A model generated the notes under the pieces. It was not told the DNA's origin. It did not search any database and saw only the letters and a list, made by a program, of their open reading frames with translations. From the NCBI GenBank assembly GCA_963740315.1, contig CAVUDP010000002.1, positions 1,344,001 through 1,408,000 of the forward strand: a stretch of 64,000 bases of DNA, given 5' to 3'. Source of the stretch: an uncultured cyanobacterium. Its GTDB lineage: Bacteria > Cyanobacteriota > Cyanobacteriia > Cyanobacteriales > Nostocaceae. The position numbers and the translations under genes were made by a program. Within the stretch, counting starts at the first letter, position 1. Each line of letters starts with the position of its first letter. This document shows positions 32,687 through 44,473 of this stretch, one piece after another.

Positions 32687-32798
32687 CTTGTTCCCAGTCT
32701 CCTGGCTGGGAATGCATTTGAAGAGGCTCTGCCTATACTCAACTATCGTTACGGCAGAGCCTCTAGAACTTCGCTACCAGGCTGAGCCTGGTAACGAG
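32687..32798. repeat. 112-bp REP/MITE-like three-hairpin element, copy 2
   Basis: Same arms and length as 28007-28118. Confidence 0.8.
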
Positions 32799-32850
32799 AA
32801 AAAAACCTACAAAATAAAGAAAATATTAAAAAAATTGGGAAATTTAACAA

Positions 32851-33627
32851 TTACATTCCCATGATTTCGTAACCTGCATCTACATACAGAATTTGACCTG
32901 TAATTCCACTCGCTAAGTCGCTACACAAGAAGGCTGCTGCATTACCCACTTCTAGCTGGGTAACGGTGCGTTTAAGGGGAGCAACCTCTTCTACATGATG
33001 AATCATATCTAAAATGCCGCCTACCGCGCTTGAAGCCAAAGTACGAATGGGACCGGCTGAAATTGCATTAACGCGAATATTTTGCTCTCCTAATTCCGCT
33101 GCGAGGTAACGCACGCTCGATTCTAATGCTGCTTTAGCAACTCCCATGACGTTGTAATTAGGAATTGCTCTGACACCACCCAAGTAGGTAAGAGTCAAAA
33201 TGCTTCCTCCTTCAGACATTAAAGGCTTCGCTGCACCAGCTAATAAAGTTAATGAATAGGCACTTATTTCCAAAGCTAAATTAAAGCCTTCACGAGAAGT
33301 TTGACTAAAACCTCCGGTTAAATCGTCTTTTTTCGCGAAAGCAAGACAATGGATCAAAATATCTACAGAACCCCATTTTTCCTTGATGGTATCAAAAGTT
33401 GATTTTACTTGCTCGTCATCTTGGACATTACATGGCAAAAACAGGCTAGGAGAAAGTGGTTCTACTAAATCCGCAACTTTTTTCTCCATTTTTCCTTTCT
33501 CGTCGGGTAAATAGGTAACACCTATATTTGCTCCTGCTTTATGGAGTTGTTGAGCAATACCCCAAGCAATAGAACGGTTATTAGCAATACCTGTAACAAG
33601 CGCGTTTTTCCCTGTCAGATCCAGCAT
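32851..33627 (-). CDS. fabI: Enoyl-ACP reductase
   Basis: GIANNRSIAWGIA, YNVMGVAKAALE, AGPIRTLA. Confidence 0.97.
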   Translation of the reverse strand: MLDLTGKNALVTGIANNRSIAWGIAQQLHKAGANIGVTYLPDEKGKMEKKVADLVEPLSPSLFLPCNVQDDEQVKSTFDTIKEKWGSVDILIHCLAFAKKDDLTGGFSQTSREGFNLALEISAYSLTLLAGAAKPLMSEGGSILTLTYLGGVRAIPNYNVMGVAKAALESSVRYLAAELGEQNIRVNAISAGPIRTLASSAVGGILDMIHHVEEVAPLKRTVTQLEVGNAAAFLCSDLASGITGQILYVDAGYEIMGM

Positions 33628-33862
33628 AAAAATGACCTATTCAATAATGGTTCATGGTTGAGCATACTAGATATTCGGCTGATTTCTCTTACTTTTAAAT
33701 GGGATTTATCCGGAGTTGTAATCGAGGTTGTTAAAAAGCTGCTACTTTCATAGCTTGTTTCACACATTATGATATTTTCAATATTTCTTCATCAAAATTA
33801 TGTACATAATCAAATCGCTAAATAACTCTTAAAATTTAATGGCTTTAAGAGCTAAAATTTAT

Positions 33863-33916
33863 GTATCATGATGAACAAATAGTAATGAGGTTAGGAGGTT
33901 AAGTATAGGAAAGTAC
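33863..33916 (+). promoter_or_regulatory. Two NtcA-binding sites in the ntcA promoter (autoregulation)
   Basis: GTATCATGATGAAC (33863-33876, GTA-N8-AAC) and GTATAGGAAAGTAC (33903-33916, GTA-N8-TAC), 40 bp apart as in the Anabaena ntcA promoter. Confidence 0.85.
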
Positions 33917-34003
33917 AAAAAGGTTAACAATGCAATATTAATTTTTCAAGTGTAATATACGGTAATCTGTTTTATTTTTCCGGCATTGGGTAGGGGAAGG
34001 GAG

Positions 34004-34675
34004 ATGATTGTGACACAAGATAAAGCCCTAGCAAATGTGTTTCGACAAATGGCGACGGGAGCTTTTCCGCCAGTTGTAGAAACCTTTGAACGCAACAAGA
34101 CGATATTTTTTCCTGGCGATCCAGCCGAACGAGTTTATTTTCTTCTCAAAGGTGCCGTTAAGCTCTCCAGGGTGTACGAGGCAGGCGAAGAAATAACGGT
34201 GGCGTTGCTACGAGAAAATAGCGTTTTTGGAGTTTTGTCCTTATTGACAGGAAACAAGTCGGATCGGTTTTATCATGCGGTAGCATTCACGCCAGTAGAA
34301 TTACTCTCCGCTCCAATTGAACAAGTAGAGCAAGCACTCAAAGAAAATCCAGAATTATCTATGTTGATGCTGCGAGGTCTTTCTTCGCGAATATTGCAGA
34401 CAGAGATGATGATTGAAACGCTTGCTCACCGAGATATGGGTTCTAGATTAGTGAGTTTTTTACTAATTCTGTGTCGAGATTTTGGAGTTCCATGTGCTGA
34501 TGGAATAACTATCGATTTAAAGTTATCTCATCAAGCGATTGCTGAAGCAATTGGTTCTACTCGCGTTACCGTGACGAGATTATTAGGCGATCTACGAGAA
34601 AAAAAGATGATTTCAATACACAAGAAAAAGATTACCGTTCATAAGCCAGTTACTTTAAGTCGGCAATTTACTTAA
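34004..34675 (+). CDS. ntcA: Global nitrogen regulator NtcA
   Basis: 223 aa from ATG 34004 ([15 protein letters not shown]...); CRP-type [16 protein letters not shown]; divergent from fabI. Confidence 0.99.
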
Positions 34676-35079
34676 AGCGGCATTGTACGAGGATCGGTCA
34701 AATTATGTTAATAGGAGGACGAATCTAGTGCGGTATATCCCGCCCTAAAGTTAATTTGATGGTTGTAAAAGTACATCTGAAATTATCGTACCGACAGTGA
34801 CGCGGCGTTACCTGGTTAATATTACAGATGCTTTTATTTTGGTAGCAGATCGATGATAATTAAGGCTGCTACCAAATTTTTAAAAAGTTTTAAATTGTAT
34901 TTTTGCCTGCATTAATTGGGTAGAAAGGATATTTTGACTGTACGATCGCACTTTTTTAAATCGAAGTGAGGTACACCTGGAAATTCAGTATATTCAGCTC
35001 TTGCCTTATTTACCTTTTCCCACACACAATAACTGGAAGAAGTAGGCTGTATGTGAAAGGATGAATTCGGCACGATTAT

Positions 35080-36591
35080 ATGACCACCGCATTTATCCTA
35101 ATAACGGCAATCTTAATTTTGGGAGGCGTAATTGCTACCGTCGGCGATCGCATTGGCACGCGGGTTGGCAAAAAACGGCTCTCACTGTTCAATCTACGTC
35201 CCAAAAAGACTGCGGTTTTGGTGACGATTCTCACCGGAATCGGCATTTCGGCATCAACTTTAGCAAGTTTGTTTTTGGTTGATGAAGGATTGCGTAAAGG
35301 AGTCTTCGAGCTTGAAGATATTCAAAGAGATTTGAGAAGGAAGCGAGAGCAGCTTGAAGGTACGGCGAATAATTTAGAAATTACTAAAAAAGAGTTAGCC
35401 CAAGCCAGAGAGCAGCAAGCGCAAGCACAAAAGAATTTAGAGGCAATTAACCGCTCCCTTATTGCTGCAAACACCAAGCAACGATTAACTCAAGCCCAAC
35501 TCAATAAAACCATCAAGGAGCAAGCCCGCACTCAAGCTTTATTACAAAGTACGACTGCAAAACTAAATCAAGTTGCTACTCGCTACAAAGAAGCTATTAA
35601 CGAGCTGCAAAGCATTATTGATGAAAGAGACAACAAAATTAAGGAAATCAAGCAGCTCAGAGCAGAAAGACAGCGACTATATACAGAAGCCAAAAAAGCT
35701 CTAGATCAAGCCGAAGCTGCAATTAATAAACGCGATCGCGAATTAGACAAACGTCAAGAGGCGATTGACAAGCGCGATGAAAAAATTGCGGCTCTTGATA
35801 AGCAAATCCAAGAGCGAAATTCACAAATCACTTCACGCGAGCAAATGATTGCTCAACGTCAAAAAGTGATTAACGAAAAGCAAGCCCGCCTTTCTGAGTT
35901 AGAAAGACAGCAGGCTTCTTTAGAACAGCAGCTCGCTAAGTTGGGACAATCCAACCGGGATTTGCGCTTGGGTAAGCTAGCCTTAGTACGCGGACAAGTT
36001 ATTGCTGAAGCAGTAATTCGCGTCGAAAAACCCTCAGCTGCCAAACAAGCTGCAATTAAGTTATTGCAAGAAGCTAACCGTTCGGCTCTCAAACAATTAA
36101 GCGAACCCGGAAGCAATTCCTCAAATGATGGCAAATCATCAATTTTGTTCGCAACTGCAAAACAAATTGAGCAGTTAAGCAAGCAGATTGATGATGGTAG
36201 AGAATATGTGGTGCGAATTTTTTCCGCAGGTAACTACGTCAGAGGAGAAAAGCGCATCGAGTTTTTTGCTGATGCAGCACCCAATCAAATTGTCTTTCAA
36301 AGAGGTGAGGTGCTAGCAACTACCACGGCAGATCCAAGCGTTATGACACCAGAGCGCGTAACTCAGCGATTGGAGTTGTTAATTTCTGCTTCTCAATTTC
36401 GCGCCCGTAATGCTGGTATTTTAGAAAGTATTCAAATAGACGGTAATTTTATTCGATTTATAGCTTTATTACGGCAGTATAACCAATCATTAGATATCAA
36501 AGCCGTTGCCGCCGAAGATACTTACAGAGCCGGACCTTTAAAAGTTAAACTGGTAGCACTGTTAAATGGACAAATAGTATTTAGTACTTGA
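35080..36591 (+). CDS. DUF3084 coiled-coil membrane protein
   Basis: GGVIATVGDRIGTRVGKKRLSLFNLRP N-terminus and long coiled coil; conserved ntcA neighbour. Confidence 0.85.
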   Translation: MTTAFILITAILILGGVIATVGDRIGTRVGKKRLSLFNLRPKKTAVLVTILTGIGISASTLASLFLVDEGLRKGVFELEDIQRDLRRKREQLEGTANNLEITKKELAQAREQQAQAQKNLEAINRSLIAANTKQRLTQAQLNKTIKEQARTQALLQSTTAKLNQVATRYKEAINELQSIIDERDNKIKEIKQLRAERQRLYTEAKKALDQAEAAINKRDRELDKRQEAIDKRDEKIAALDKQIQERNSQITSREQMIAQRQKVINEKQARLSELERQQASLEQQLAKLGQSNRDLRLGKLALVRGQVIAEAVIRVEKPSAAKQAAIKLLQEANRSALKQLSEPGSNSSNDGKSSILFATAKQIEQLSKQIDDGREYVVRIFSAGNYVRGEKRIEFFADAAPNQIVFQRGEVLATTTADPSVMTPERVTQRLELLISASQFRARNAGILESIQIDGNFIRFIALLRQYNQSLDIKAVAAEDTYRAGPLKVKLVALLNGQIVFST

Positions 36592-36677
36592 AAAATTATG
36601 GTTATAGCCGTTTATGTTCATTATTAGCTATAAGTTACTAGCAAATATTGTATAGGTATCATTTAACAGCACTTTAT

Positions 36678-37112
36678 ATGACTTCCCGTAAATTTTCACC
36701 TTCCGACTCGGTGATTTTGGGTTTCGATCCTGGAAAAGATAAATGTGGCGTAGCAGTGATGGGGCTTGATAGACAACTTCAGTATCACGAAGTCGTATCC
36801 TCCCCCTCGGCGATCGCTGCTATTGAGGAATTGTATCAAAAGTATGCAATTTCTTTGTTAGTAATGGGAAACCAAACCACATCGAAGCGTTGGAAACAGC
36901 AAATACAAGAAAAATTATCCCCGACGGTAAATATTATTTTAGTAGATGAGCGCTATTCAAGCTTAGAAGCACGCGATCGTTACTGGTTAATGTACCCACC
37001 CAAAGGATTAACCAAACTATTACCCAAAGGAATGCGAACACCACCGCGTCCAATAGATGATATTGTTGCCATTTTGCTTATAGAAAGATATCTTAACCGC
37101 TTGACTGAGTAG
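36678..37112 (+). CDS. YqgF/RuvX-like pre-16S rRNA nuclease
   Basis: ILGFDPGKDKCG, VDERYSS, IDDIVA. Confidence 0.85.
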   Translation: MTSRKFSPSDSVILGFDPGKDKCGVAVMGLDRQLQYHEVVSSPSAIAAIEELYQKYAISLLVMGNQTTSKRWKQQIQEKLSPTVNIILVDERYSSLEARDRYWLMYPPKGLTKLLPKGMRTPPRPIDDIVAILLIERYLNRLTE

Positions 37113-37239
37113 TTTAAGGGATGGGGGGATGGGGAGACAAGGGGACGAGGGGAGAAAAAGTTATGAGTTATGAGTTATGAGTTAGAAGTGATGATTTTAT
37201 TTACCCCAACTATTCAACCTTTAACCTTTAACCTTATTT

Positions 37240-37503
37240 TCAAATTTCTGCTCGAATCGTAAAAACATAATCTCCTCCCGGTTCGAGTTGATAGTCTTTT
37301 TGTTCTAGAAAGCGGCTGAGAGGTTCTTTGATTAATGCTCTACCTTGAGAAGGTGTAATTGACAATTCTCCGGCGCGAAAATGCCACTCAAATTGCCACT
37401 CAAATTCACCTGCTCTGACTTCACCTTTTAGTAGACTGTTTTGCCACGATTGTCGTGTAATCTTGACGTGGGCTGTGGTTTTCGGTAGTCGTTTAGAACT
37501 CAC
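37240..37503 (-). CDS. Conserved cyanobacterial small protein (DUF3146-like)
   Basis: LPKTTAHV, PSQGRALIKEPL.RFLE..DYQLEPGGDY motifs. Confidence 0.75.
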   Translation of the reverse strand: MSSKRLPKTTAHVKITRQSWQNSLLKGEVRAGEFEWQFEWHFRAGELSITPSQGRALIKEPLSRFLEQKDYQLEPGGDYVFTIRAEI

Positions 37504-37546
37504 GATTTATTGCAATACTGACTGGATAATTATTTTTACTCTAAAA

Positions 37547-37615
37547 GGATTTACGCAGAGCCACCCCTTTTTCAAGGAGGGTTAGGGGGATTTTTTATTT
37601 ACTGGTGCGTAATCC
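37547..37615. repeat. MITE-like element with GGATTTACGCA/TGCGTAATCC termini
   Basis: Imperfect TIRs; related half-sites at about 4777, 58441 and 60843. Confidence 0.55.
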
Positions 37616-37939
37616 ATACACTTAACATAACTTAAAATTTTATTTGTTCAAATTAGTATATAAATTATTTTTTTCTCTTCAACCCGCATAGATTGCGCCG
37701 GTAAATATGTTGGGCAACTAACACAAAGGCAAATTAAATTTATTTTAAATGTAATCAATTCTTGAAATTCAACCACCAAGCAATAAATACTTGACAATGG
37801 TGGTTAATTAATAATATAGGTTTATATTCATTCAAATCAAAACGCGGATTTTAGATTTGCGATCGAGTCGCAATCCCGGACACTTGCTGCAACTCAAAAA
37901 GAGCAACACAGTGTCCTTAAAATCTAAAATCCCGATGGT

Positions 37940-40093
37940 TTAAGCGTTAGTAGCTGCTTCTCGCGCCGCAGCTGCTTGTTCTGGGTGAATACCCAAGCGG
38001 GTAAGGTTTATTCTACCTTTGTTGTCAATTTCCCGAACTTTGACAATTACTTCATCGCCAACTGCAACTTCGTCTTCGACTTTACCAACTCGGTAGTCTG
38101 CTAGCTGGGAAATGTGAATCATCCCTTCTTTACCGGGTAAAAACTCTACGAAAGCACCAATTGGGATAATTCTAGTGACTCTACCAACGTAAACGTCACC
38201 TTCATTGAGCTTGCGCGTCATTGATTGAATAATAAAGCGGGCTTTTTTAGCTTTATTTTCATCCAAGGCGGCAATTGTCACGGTACCGTCGTCTTCTATG
38301 TCAATGGTGGCACCTGTCTCTTCGGTAATTCCTTTGATGGTTTTACCTCCAGGACCAATTACCAAACCAATCATGTCTGAGTCAATCTTGATGCTCAACA
38401 ACCGTGGAGCATAAGGTGACATTTCCTCACGGGGTTGATCGATGCAAGCCAACATTTTTTCTAAAATGTGCAATCTAGCACTTTTAGCTTGATGCACTGC
38501 TTGGGCTATAACGTCTAAGGATAAGCCGGAGATTTTCATATCCATTTGCAAGGCGGTGATGCCAGCATCGGTTCCGGCAACTTTAAAGTCCATGTCGCCT
38601 AAGAAGTCTTCGATACCTTGGATATCAGTTAAAACCCGTACTCCATCTTCTTCTTTAATTAAACCCATTGCCGCACCGCTAACGGGTTTTTTAATTGGTA
38701 CGCCTGCATCCATTAACGCTAACGTGGAAGCACACACCGAACCCATTGATGTAGAACCGTTGGAAGAAAGTACCTCAGATACTACTCGAAGTACGTAAGG
38801 AAATTCGGTCTTTGTTGGTAATACAGGTAATATAGCTCGTTCTGCTAAGGCACCGTGACCGATTTCTCTTCTTCCTGGTGGACGTAAAGGCTTGGTTTCT
38901 CCAACAGAATATGGTGGGAAGTTATAATGGTGGAGATAATGCTTTTGCTGATCTGGTTGCAGGTCATCGTTTAAATTTTGAGCATCTCCAGGGGTTCCCA
39001 AAGTACATATAGAAAGCACTTGGGTGAGTCCCCGGTTAAACAAACCGCTACCGTGAACCCGTTTTGGTAAAAGGTCTACTTGACAGGATACGGGACGAAC
39101 TTCATCGAGCTTACGACCATCAACGCGAACGCCATCTTCAACGATTTGACGGCGCATCAGCTTTTTCGTGATGCCTTTAAAAGTATTGCCGAGTGCCTTA
39201 CTATTTTCCGTTGCAGCTACTCGAATTGCATCGTCTTCGGGTAACTCCTCAATCTCTGCTTTTATTTCGTCTTTGATGACATCCAAAGCATCATCGCGTT
39301 CGGCTTTAGTAAAATCAAACTGCGACAGAACTTTTTTGATTCTATCCTTGGCGCGATCGGTTATAAAGTTTTCCAGAGTAGTGTCTACTTCGGGTGGTTC
39401 TTCGCTAACAATCTCAATACCTAGTTCTGCAATCAAATCCAATTGCGCTTGGATTAAATCTTGTACCGCTTCGTAACCAAATTCAATGGCTTCGATAATA
39501 TCTTGTTCTGGTAGCTGATTGGCTCCCGCTTCCACCATGATTACGCCGTCTGGCGAACCTGCTACAACCAGATCCAAGTCTCCAGCAGTGACTTCTGCAT
39601 AGGTGGGGTTAATGATGAAATCGTCTCCCACCAAGCCAACTCTTACCGCAGCCATTGGTCCTTTGAAGGGAATTTTTGCCAACAAAGTAGCAATACTTGC
39701 ACCCGTCACCGCTAGCACATCCGGGGGTACTTTTTCATCTACCGAAAGAGTTGCTGCGATAATTTGCAAGTCATCTCGCAACCATGAAGGGAACAAAGGA
39801 CGCATGGGACGGTCAATTAAACGACTGGTAAGAGTCGCTTTTTCTGGAGGTCGTCCTTCCCTTCTCAAAATACCTCCGGGAATTCTACCTGCTGCATACA
39901 ATCTCTCTTCGTAATCTACAGTCAAAGGTAGAAAATCAATTCCTTCTCTTCCTTGCGATCGCGTCGCCGTCACTAGTACTGCTGTATCCCCAGATTGTAT
40001 CATTACAGACCCGCCAGCCTGGGGAGCTAACAAGCCAACCTTCAGTCGAATATCCCGTCCGTCAAAGGATATTGACTTTTCAAATTCTTCCAT
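37940..40093 (-). CDS. pnp: Polyribonucleotide nucleotidyltransferase
   Basis: [27 protein letters not shown] and S1 domains. Confidence 0.98.
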   Translation of the reverse strand: MEEFEKSISFDGRDIRLKVGLLAPQAGGSVMIQSGDTAVLVTATRSQGREGIDFLPLTVDYEERLYAAGRIPGGILRREGRPPEKATLTSRLIDRPMRPLFPSWLRDDLQIIAATLSVDEKVPPDVLAVTGASIATLLAKIPFKGPMAAVRVGLVGDDFIINPTYAEVTAGDLDLVVAGSPDGVIMVEAGANQLPEQDIIEAIEFGYEAVQDLIQAQLDLIAELGIEIVSEEPPEVDTTLENFITDRAKDRIKKVLSQFDFTKAERDDALDVIKDEIKAEIEELPEDDAIRVAATENSKALGNTFKGITKKLMRRQIVEDGVRVDGRKLDEVRPVSCQVDLLPKRVHGSGLFNRGLTQVLSICTLGTPGDAQNLNDDLQPDQQKHYLHHYNFPPYSVGETKPLRPPGRREIGHGALAERAILPVLPTKTEFPYVLRVVSEVLSSNGSTSMGSVCASTLALMDAGVPIKKPVSGAAMGLIKEEDGVRVLTDIQGIEDFLGDMDFKVAGTDAGITALQMDMKISGLSLDVIAQAVHQAKSARLHILEKMLACIDQPREEMSPYAPRLLSIKIDSDMIGLVIGPGGKTIKGITEETGATIDIEDDGTVTIAALDENKAKKARFIIQSMTRKLNEGDVYVGRVTRIIPIGAFVEFLPGKEGMIHISQLADYRVGKVEDEVAVGDEVIVKVREIDNKGRINLTRLGIHPEQAAAAREAATNA

Positions 40094-40276
40094 TCAGTTC
40101 TTTTTCCTTCTACGCACTATTCGCTCTCAGTGGCAATCCTAACATTTATGCTCTCTTGCTTGCCGCACTATATTGATAAATCTGTTAATAGCGATCGGTA
40201 TTTCTAAACTTTTAGTTTTGTTTCAAACTCTTTACTATTGAAAGCTTAAAGCTGAAAAAACTCCTGACTCCGGCAC

Positions 40277-40828
40277 TCAGGTGGTCTTTAAAGTACGGTA
40301 CATTATCAAAGCATCTATATACGAATCGTTGTCTAGCTCTACCGCAGCGGGGATTCGTCCGATAGTTTGAAATCCTAGAGATTCCCACAGCCGAATTGAA
40401 GGTATATTAGTTTCAAAGACCAAATTAAACATTACCGCTTGATAGCCAAGACTCGCAGCGATCGAAAGCATTGTTTCACCCATTAACCGCCCAATTCCCT
40501 GACCTCGCATTTGGGGTTGTACAATAAAACCAGCGTTGCAAATATGGCTACATCTCCCAGAAAAGTTTGGTTTGATGTAAAAAGCAGCTAGTATCTCTTG
40601 TGATAGAGATTGATTGCTTGGATCTACTGCTTTGACTACAAAGGCATCACCTAACAGCCAGTAAGCATCGAATTCTAATTCTGTTAAAGGTTGTTTTTGG
40701 GGATATGATTTTCCTTCTATAACTATGGTATTGAGCAGTTTCTTTACCTGCTCTGTTTCCTGATGTTGCATATAATCTAATTCTACTTGTATGCCATTTT
40801 TAAAACTTTTATAAACTGGTAACTGCAT
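40277..40828 (-). CDS. GNAT-family N-acetyltransferase
   Basis: RGQGIGR motif A; N..SIRLWESLGF. Confidence 0.85.
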   Translation of the reverse strand: MQLPVYKSFKNGIQVELDYMQHQETEQVKKLLNTIVIEGKSYPQKQPLTELEFDAYWLLGDAFVVKAVDPSNQSLSQEILAAFYIKPNFSGRCSHICNAGFIVQPQMRGQGIGRLMGETMLSIAASLGYQAVMFNLVFETNIPSIRLWESLGFQTIGRIPAAVELDNDSYIDALIMYRTLKTT

Positions 40829-41093
40829 TTTTGTTAATCTTGATTAAGCTATATTTTAGAATTGTTGATTTTGAAAAATCAGAAGAATAGTTTTTTAGTG
40901 TGAATCATACAGACTCAGGGCGAAAAAAATAAAATTTATTTGATTCATGCTTATACTTATTCCCGGCGACGATCGCGATTATTTAATTTATTACAAATTA
41001 TTGCAAAAGTATAAATGTATTAAATAAGTTTTTTATGCAAAATTAAGTAGTTGAAATTTTTAATTCTACAACAAGAAAGATTGTAATTGACTT

Positions 41094-44000
41094 ATGGCAA
41101 TTTTACACGGTAGTTGGTTACTGAACGGTCAAGGTAGCTGTTTTTTTGTATGGGGAGAAACTTGGCGTTCTTTAGATAGCAATTCGAGTCCAGATGAATT
41201 AATTAAAGTGCTGCCTCATTATGCAGCGATGACACCGTTTGAATTATTAGAATTGTTGCAAGAACGTAATATTTCAATTCCTAACTGGGGAAAAGTTGAA
41301 ACCCAATCGAGCGCTAAGTCTGGGAAAAAACGTAAAGCTACAGCTACTAATGTAAATTTGCCTTCCTCATCTATTGCGATCGCTTTACCTACCCATATTC
41401 CTCAAGCAGTTAAAAAGAAGAATAAAAATATTGATTCTATATACCCGTTACATTCGGCAATGGTTGAAGAAACGGCAAAAACACAATATTTACACCCTTG
41501 GCAAGTTGAAGGTTTTTGTTTGAACTCTAAGGAAGCGAACAAATTTTTAACTTCTTTACCGATGAGTGTTGCTAATGACGAGCAAGCTTTTATCGGAGAA
41601 GATTTACGTTTTTGGTCGCAAGTTGCCCGTTGGAGTTTAGATTTAATTGCAAGATGTAAGTTTTTGCCTGAAATTGAGAATAATCAGGATAATTACCCAA
41701 TTGCTAGCTGGGAAGCACTTTTAGATAGTGCCGTTGATGGCAGCCGATTGGATAAGTATTCGCGATCGATGCCTTTGTCATGTCGAATGTATCAAGCACA
41801 AGCCTCTTATTACCCATCAGTTAATTTACCACCGCAATCCGAGCAATTACTGCTAGATTTTTTGAATAAAACTGTAGATGCTCAACTGCGAGAAATGGTA
41901 AATCCGGATGCGGCAGAAACGCGATTGCTGGCATCTTTACCATCTGTAGTAAAGCAATGGTTGCTCGGTTTAACAAGTAATAAAAATTCACTTAGTGCAG
42001 ATACCCCAGAAGTTGAAAGGCTAGAAGCGGCGCTGAATGCTTGGACTATGCCTTTACAAAATCAACTCGGACAAAGAAGTCTTTTTCGCACTTGTTTTGT
42101 ATTGCGTACTCCAGAAGCAGGTGATACCGAATGGTTGTTGGAGTACTATCTGCAAGCGATCGACGATGAAGAATTTTTGTTAGATGCACAAACCATTTGG
42201 AATCATCCGGTTGACAAGTTTGTTTACCAAAATCGCACGGTTGATAAACCGCAAGAAACATTTTTACGAGGTTTGGGTTTAGCTTCGCGGCTTTATCCAA
42301 TAATTGCACCAAGTTTAGATACGGCTTTACCTCAATCTTGTCGTCTCGAACCGATGCAAGCGTATGATTTTATTAAGTCGGTAACTTGGCGGTTTGAAGA
42401 TAGCGGTTTGGGTGTGGTTTTACCTGATTCTTTGGCAAATCGCGATGGATGGGCGAATCGTTTGGGTTTGAAAGTCAGCGCTCAAACTCCGAACAAAAAA
42501 ACCGAACGTTTGGGTTTACAAAGTTTACTTAATTTCCGGTGGGAATTAGCAATTGGCGGACAAACTCTTTCCAAGCAGCAGTTTGACAAACTTGTAGCGT
42601 TAAAGAGTCCCTTGGTGGAAATCAATGGCGAGTGGGTAGAATTGCGTCCCCAAGATATTAAAACAGCACAAACATTCTTTGCTGGTAGAAAAGAAAAAAT
42701 GGCGCTGTCTTTAGAAGATGCGTTGCGATTGGGTTCCGGCGATACTCAGATGATTGAAAAATTACCCGTAGTTAGTTTTGAAGCTTCTGGTGCTTTGCAA
42801 GAATTAATTACAAATCTTACAGATAATCAAGAGATAGAAGCGCTACCTACACCTGCGAGTTTTCACGGTGAATTGCGTCCCTATCAACAACGGGGTATGG
42901 CTTGGCTGTCATTTTTGGAACGTTGGGGTTTGGGTGCTTGTTTGGCAGATGACATGGGTTTGGGGAAAACCATTCAATTCATAGCCTTTCTACTTCATTT
43001 AAAAGAAGAGGAAGCGCTACAAAATCCGACATTATTAGTATGTCCCACTTCCGTACTAGGAAACTGGGAAAGGGAAGTGAAAAAATTTGCCCCTAACCTT
43101 AAAGTTTTGCAGTATCACGGTGATAAACGTCCCAAAGGAAAGGCTTTTCAAAATGCTGTAAAAGATAAAAATATCGTAATTACAAGTTACTCGTTAGTTC
43201 ACCGCGATTTAAAGACATTACAAGATATTTCTTGGCAGATAATTGCTTTAGATGAAGCTCAAAACATTAAAAATGCAGAATCGAAACAATCTCAAGCAGT
43301 ACGACAGTTAGAACCAGAATTTCGTATTGCTTTGACGGGTACGCCAGTAGAAAATAGACTACAGGAATTGTGGTCGATTATGGATTTTTTAAATCCGGGA
43401 TATTTAGGAAACAAACAGTTTTTTCAACGACGCTTTGCAATGCCAATTGAAAAATACGGCGATACTTCTTCTTTATCACAATTGCGCTCTTTAGTGCAGC
43501 CTTTTATTTTACGCCGTTTGAAAACAGACCGCAATATCATTCAAGACTTACCAGAAAAGCAGGAAATGACTGTTTTTTGTGGTTTAACTCCCGAACAAGC
43601 AAAGCTTTATCAACAAGTAGTAGAAAATTCCTTAGCCGAAATTGACGATGCGGAAGGATTGCAGCGTCGGGGAATGATTTTGGGTTTACTTGTGAAGTTA
43701 AAACAGATTTGCAATCACCCAGCGCAGTATTTAAAGAAAAAGACATTAGACAATCATGATTCCGCCAAACTTCAGCGTTTGGACGAGATGTTAGAAGAAG
43801 TTATATCAAATGGCGATCGCGCTTTAATTTTTACTCAGTTTGCGGAGTGGGGTAAGTTGCTCAAACCCCATCTAGAAGAGAAGTTGAGCCGAGAAACTTT
43901 GTTTTTATATGGAAGTACGAGCAAAAAACAACGTGAGGAAATGATAGACCGTTTCCAACACGATCCGCAAGCCCCACCAGTAATGATTCTTTCGTTAAAA

Positions 44001-44312
44001 GCAGGTGGTGTCGGATTAAATTTAACCCGTGCAAATCATGTTTTCCACTTCGATCGATGGTGGAATCCCGCAGTAGAAAACCAAGCTACAGATAGGGTAT
44101 TTCGTATCGGTCAAACAAAAAACGTACAGGTACATAAATTTGTTTGTACTGGAACTTTAGAAGAAAAAATTCACGACATGATTGAAAGTAAAAAACAATT
44201 AGCAGAACAAGTTGTAGGTGGCGGCGAAGACTGGTTAACAGAAATGAATACCGATCAACTGCGTAACTTATTAATACTCGATCGCGATGCAGTTATTGAA
44301 GAAGAGAATTAA
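41094..44312 (+). CDS. SWI2/SNF2-family helicase-like ATPase
   Basis: LADDMGLGKT, DEAQ, TGTPVEN, WWNPAVENQATDRVFRIGQ. Confidence 0.95.
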   Translation: MAILHGSWLLNGQGSCFFVWGETWRSLDSNSSPDELIKVLPHYAAMTPFELLELLQERNISIPNWGKVETQSSAKSGKKRKATATNVNLPSSSIAIALPTHIPQAVKKKNKNIDSIYPLHSAMVEETAKTQYLHPWQVEGFCLNSKEANKFLTSLPMSVANDEQAFIGEDLRFWSQVARWSLDLIARCKFLPEIENNQDNYPIASWEALLDSAVDGSRLDKYSRSMPLSCRMYQAQASYYPSVNLPPQSEQLLLDFLNKTVDAQLREMVNPDAAETRLLASLPSVVKQWLLGLTSNKNSLSADTPEVERLEAALNAWTMPLQNQLGQRSLFRTCFVLRTPEAGDTEWLLEYYLQAIDDEEFLLDAQTIWNHPVDKFVYQNRTVDKPQETFLRGLGLASRLYPIIAPSLDTALPQSCRLEPMQAYDFIKSVTWRFEDSGLGVVLPDSLANRDGWANRLGLKVSAQTPNKKTERLGLQSLLNFRWELAIGGQTLSKQQFDKLVALKSPLVEINGEWVELRPQDIKTAQTFFAGRKEKMALSLEDALRLGSGDTQMIEKLPVVSFEASGALQELITNLTDNQEIEALPTPASFHGELRPYQQRGMAWLSFLERWGLGACLADDMGLGKTIQFIAFLLHLKEEEALQNPTLLVCPTSVLGNWEREVKKFAPNLKVLQYHGDKRPKGKAFQNAVKDKNIVITSYSLVHRDLKTLQDISWQIIALDEAQNIKNAESKQSQAVRQLEPEFRIALTGTPVENRLQELWSIMDFLNPGYLGNKQFFQRRFAMPIEKYGDTSSLSQLRSLVQPFILRRLKTDRNIIQDLPEKQEMTVFCGLTPEQAKLYQQVVENSLAEIDDAEGLQRRGMILGLLVKLKQICNHPAQYLKKKTLDNHDSAKLQRLDEMLEEVISNGDRALIFTQFAEWGKLLKPHLEEKLSRETLFLYGSTSKKQREEMIDRFQHDPQAPPVMILSLKAGGVGLNLTRANHVFHFDRWWNPAVENQATDRVFRIGQTKNVQVHKFVCTGTLEEKIHDMIESKKQLAEQVVGGGEDWLTEMNTDQLRNLLILDRDAVIEEEN

Positions 44313-44473
44313 AGGTCTGCATGTTAAAGGTTAGAGGTTAAAGGTTAGAGATTCCTAATTTCTAACTATTTTACAATTCATAATGCCCTATGCCCCATAC
44401 CCAATTCCCAATCCAAAATCTAAAACAAAATAAACGCATCTGTTGTTAAAATCCAAAATCCAAAATTAAAATC

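Noticed and set aside
33709..33714. TCCGGA as a DIF1 heterocyst promoter motif for fabI
   Set aside because: Spacing to a GTA-type -10 element is 16 nt, not a clean fit; a hexamer alone is insufficient.
38556..39914. Antisense ORFs within pnp (and similar ones within atpD, wza and ABC)
   Set aside because: Shadow ORFs arising from the codon bias of real genes.
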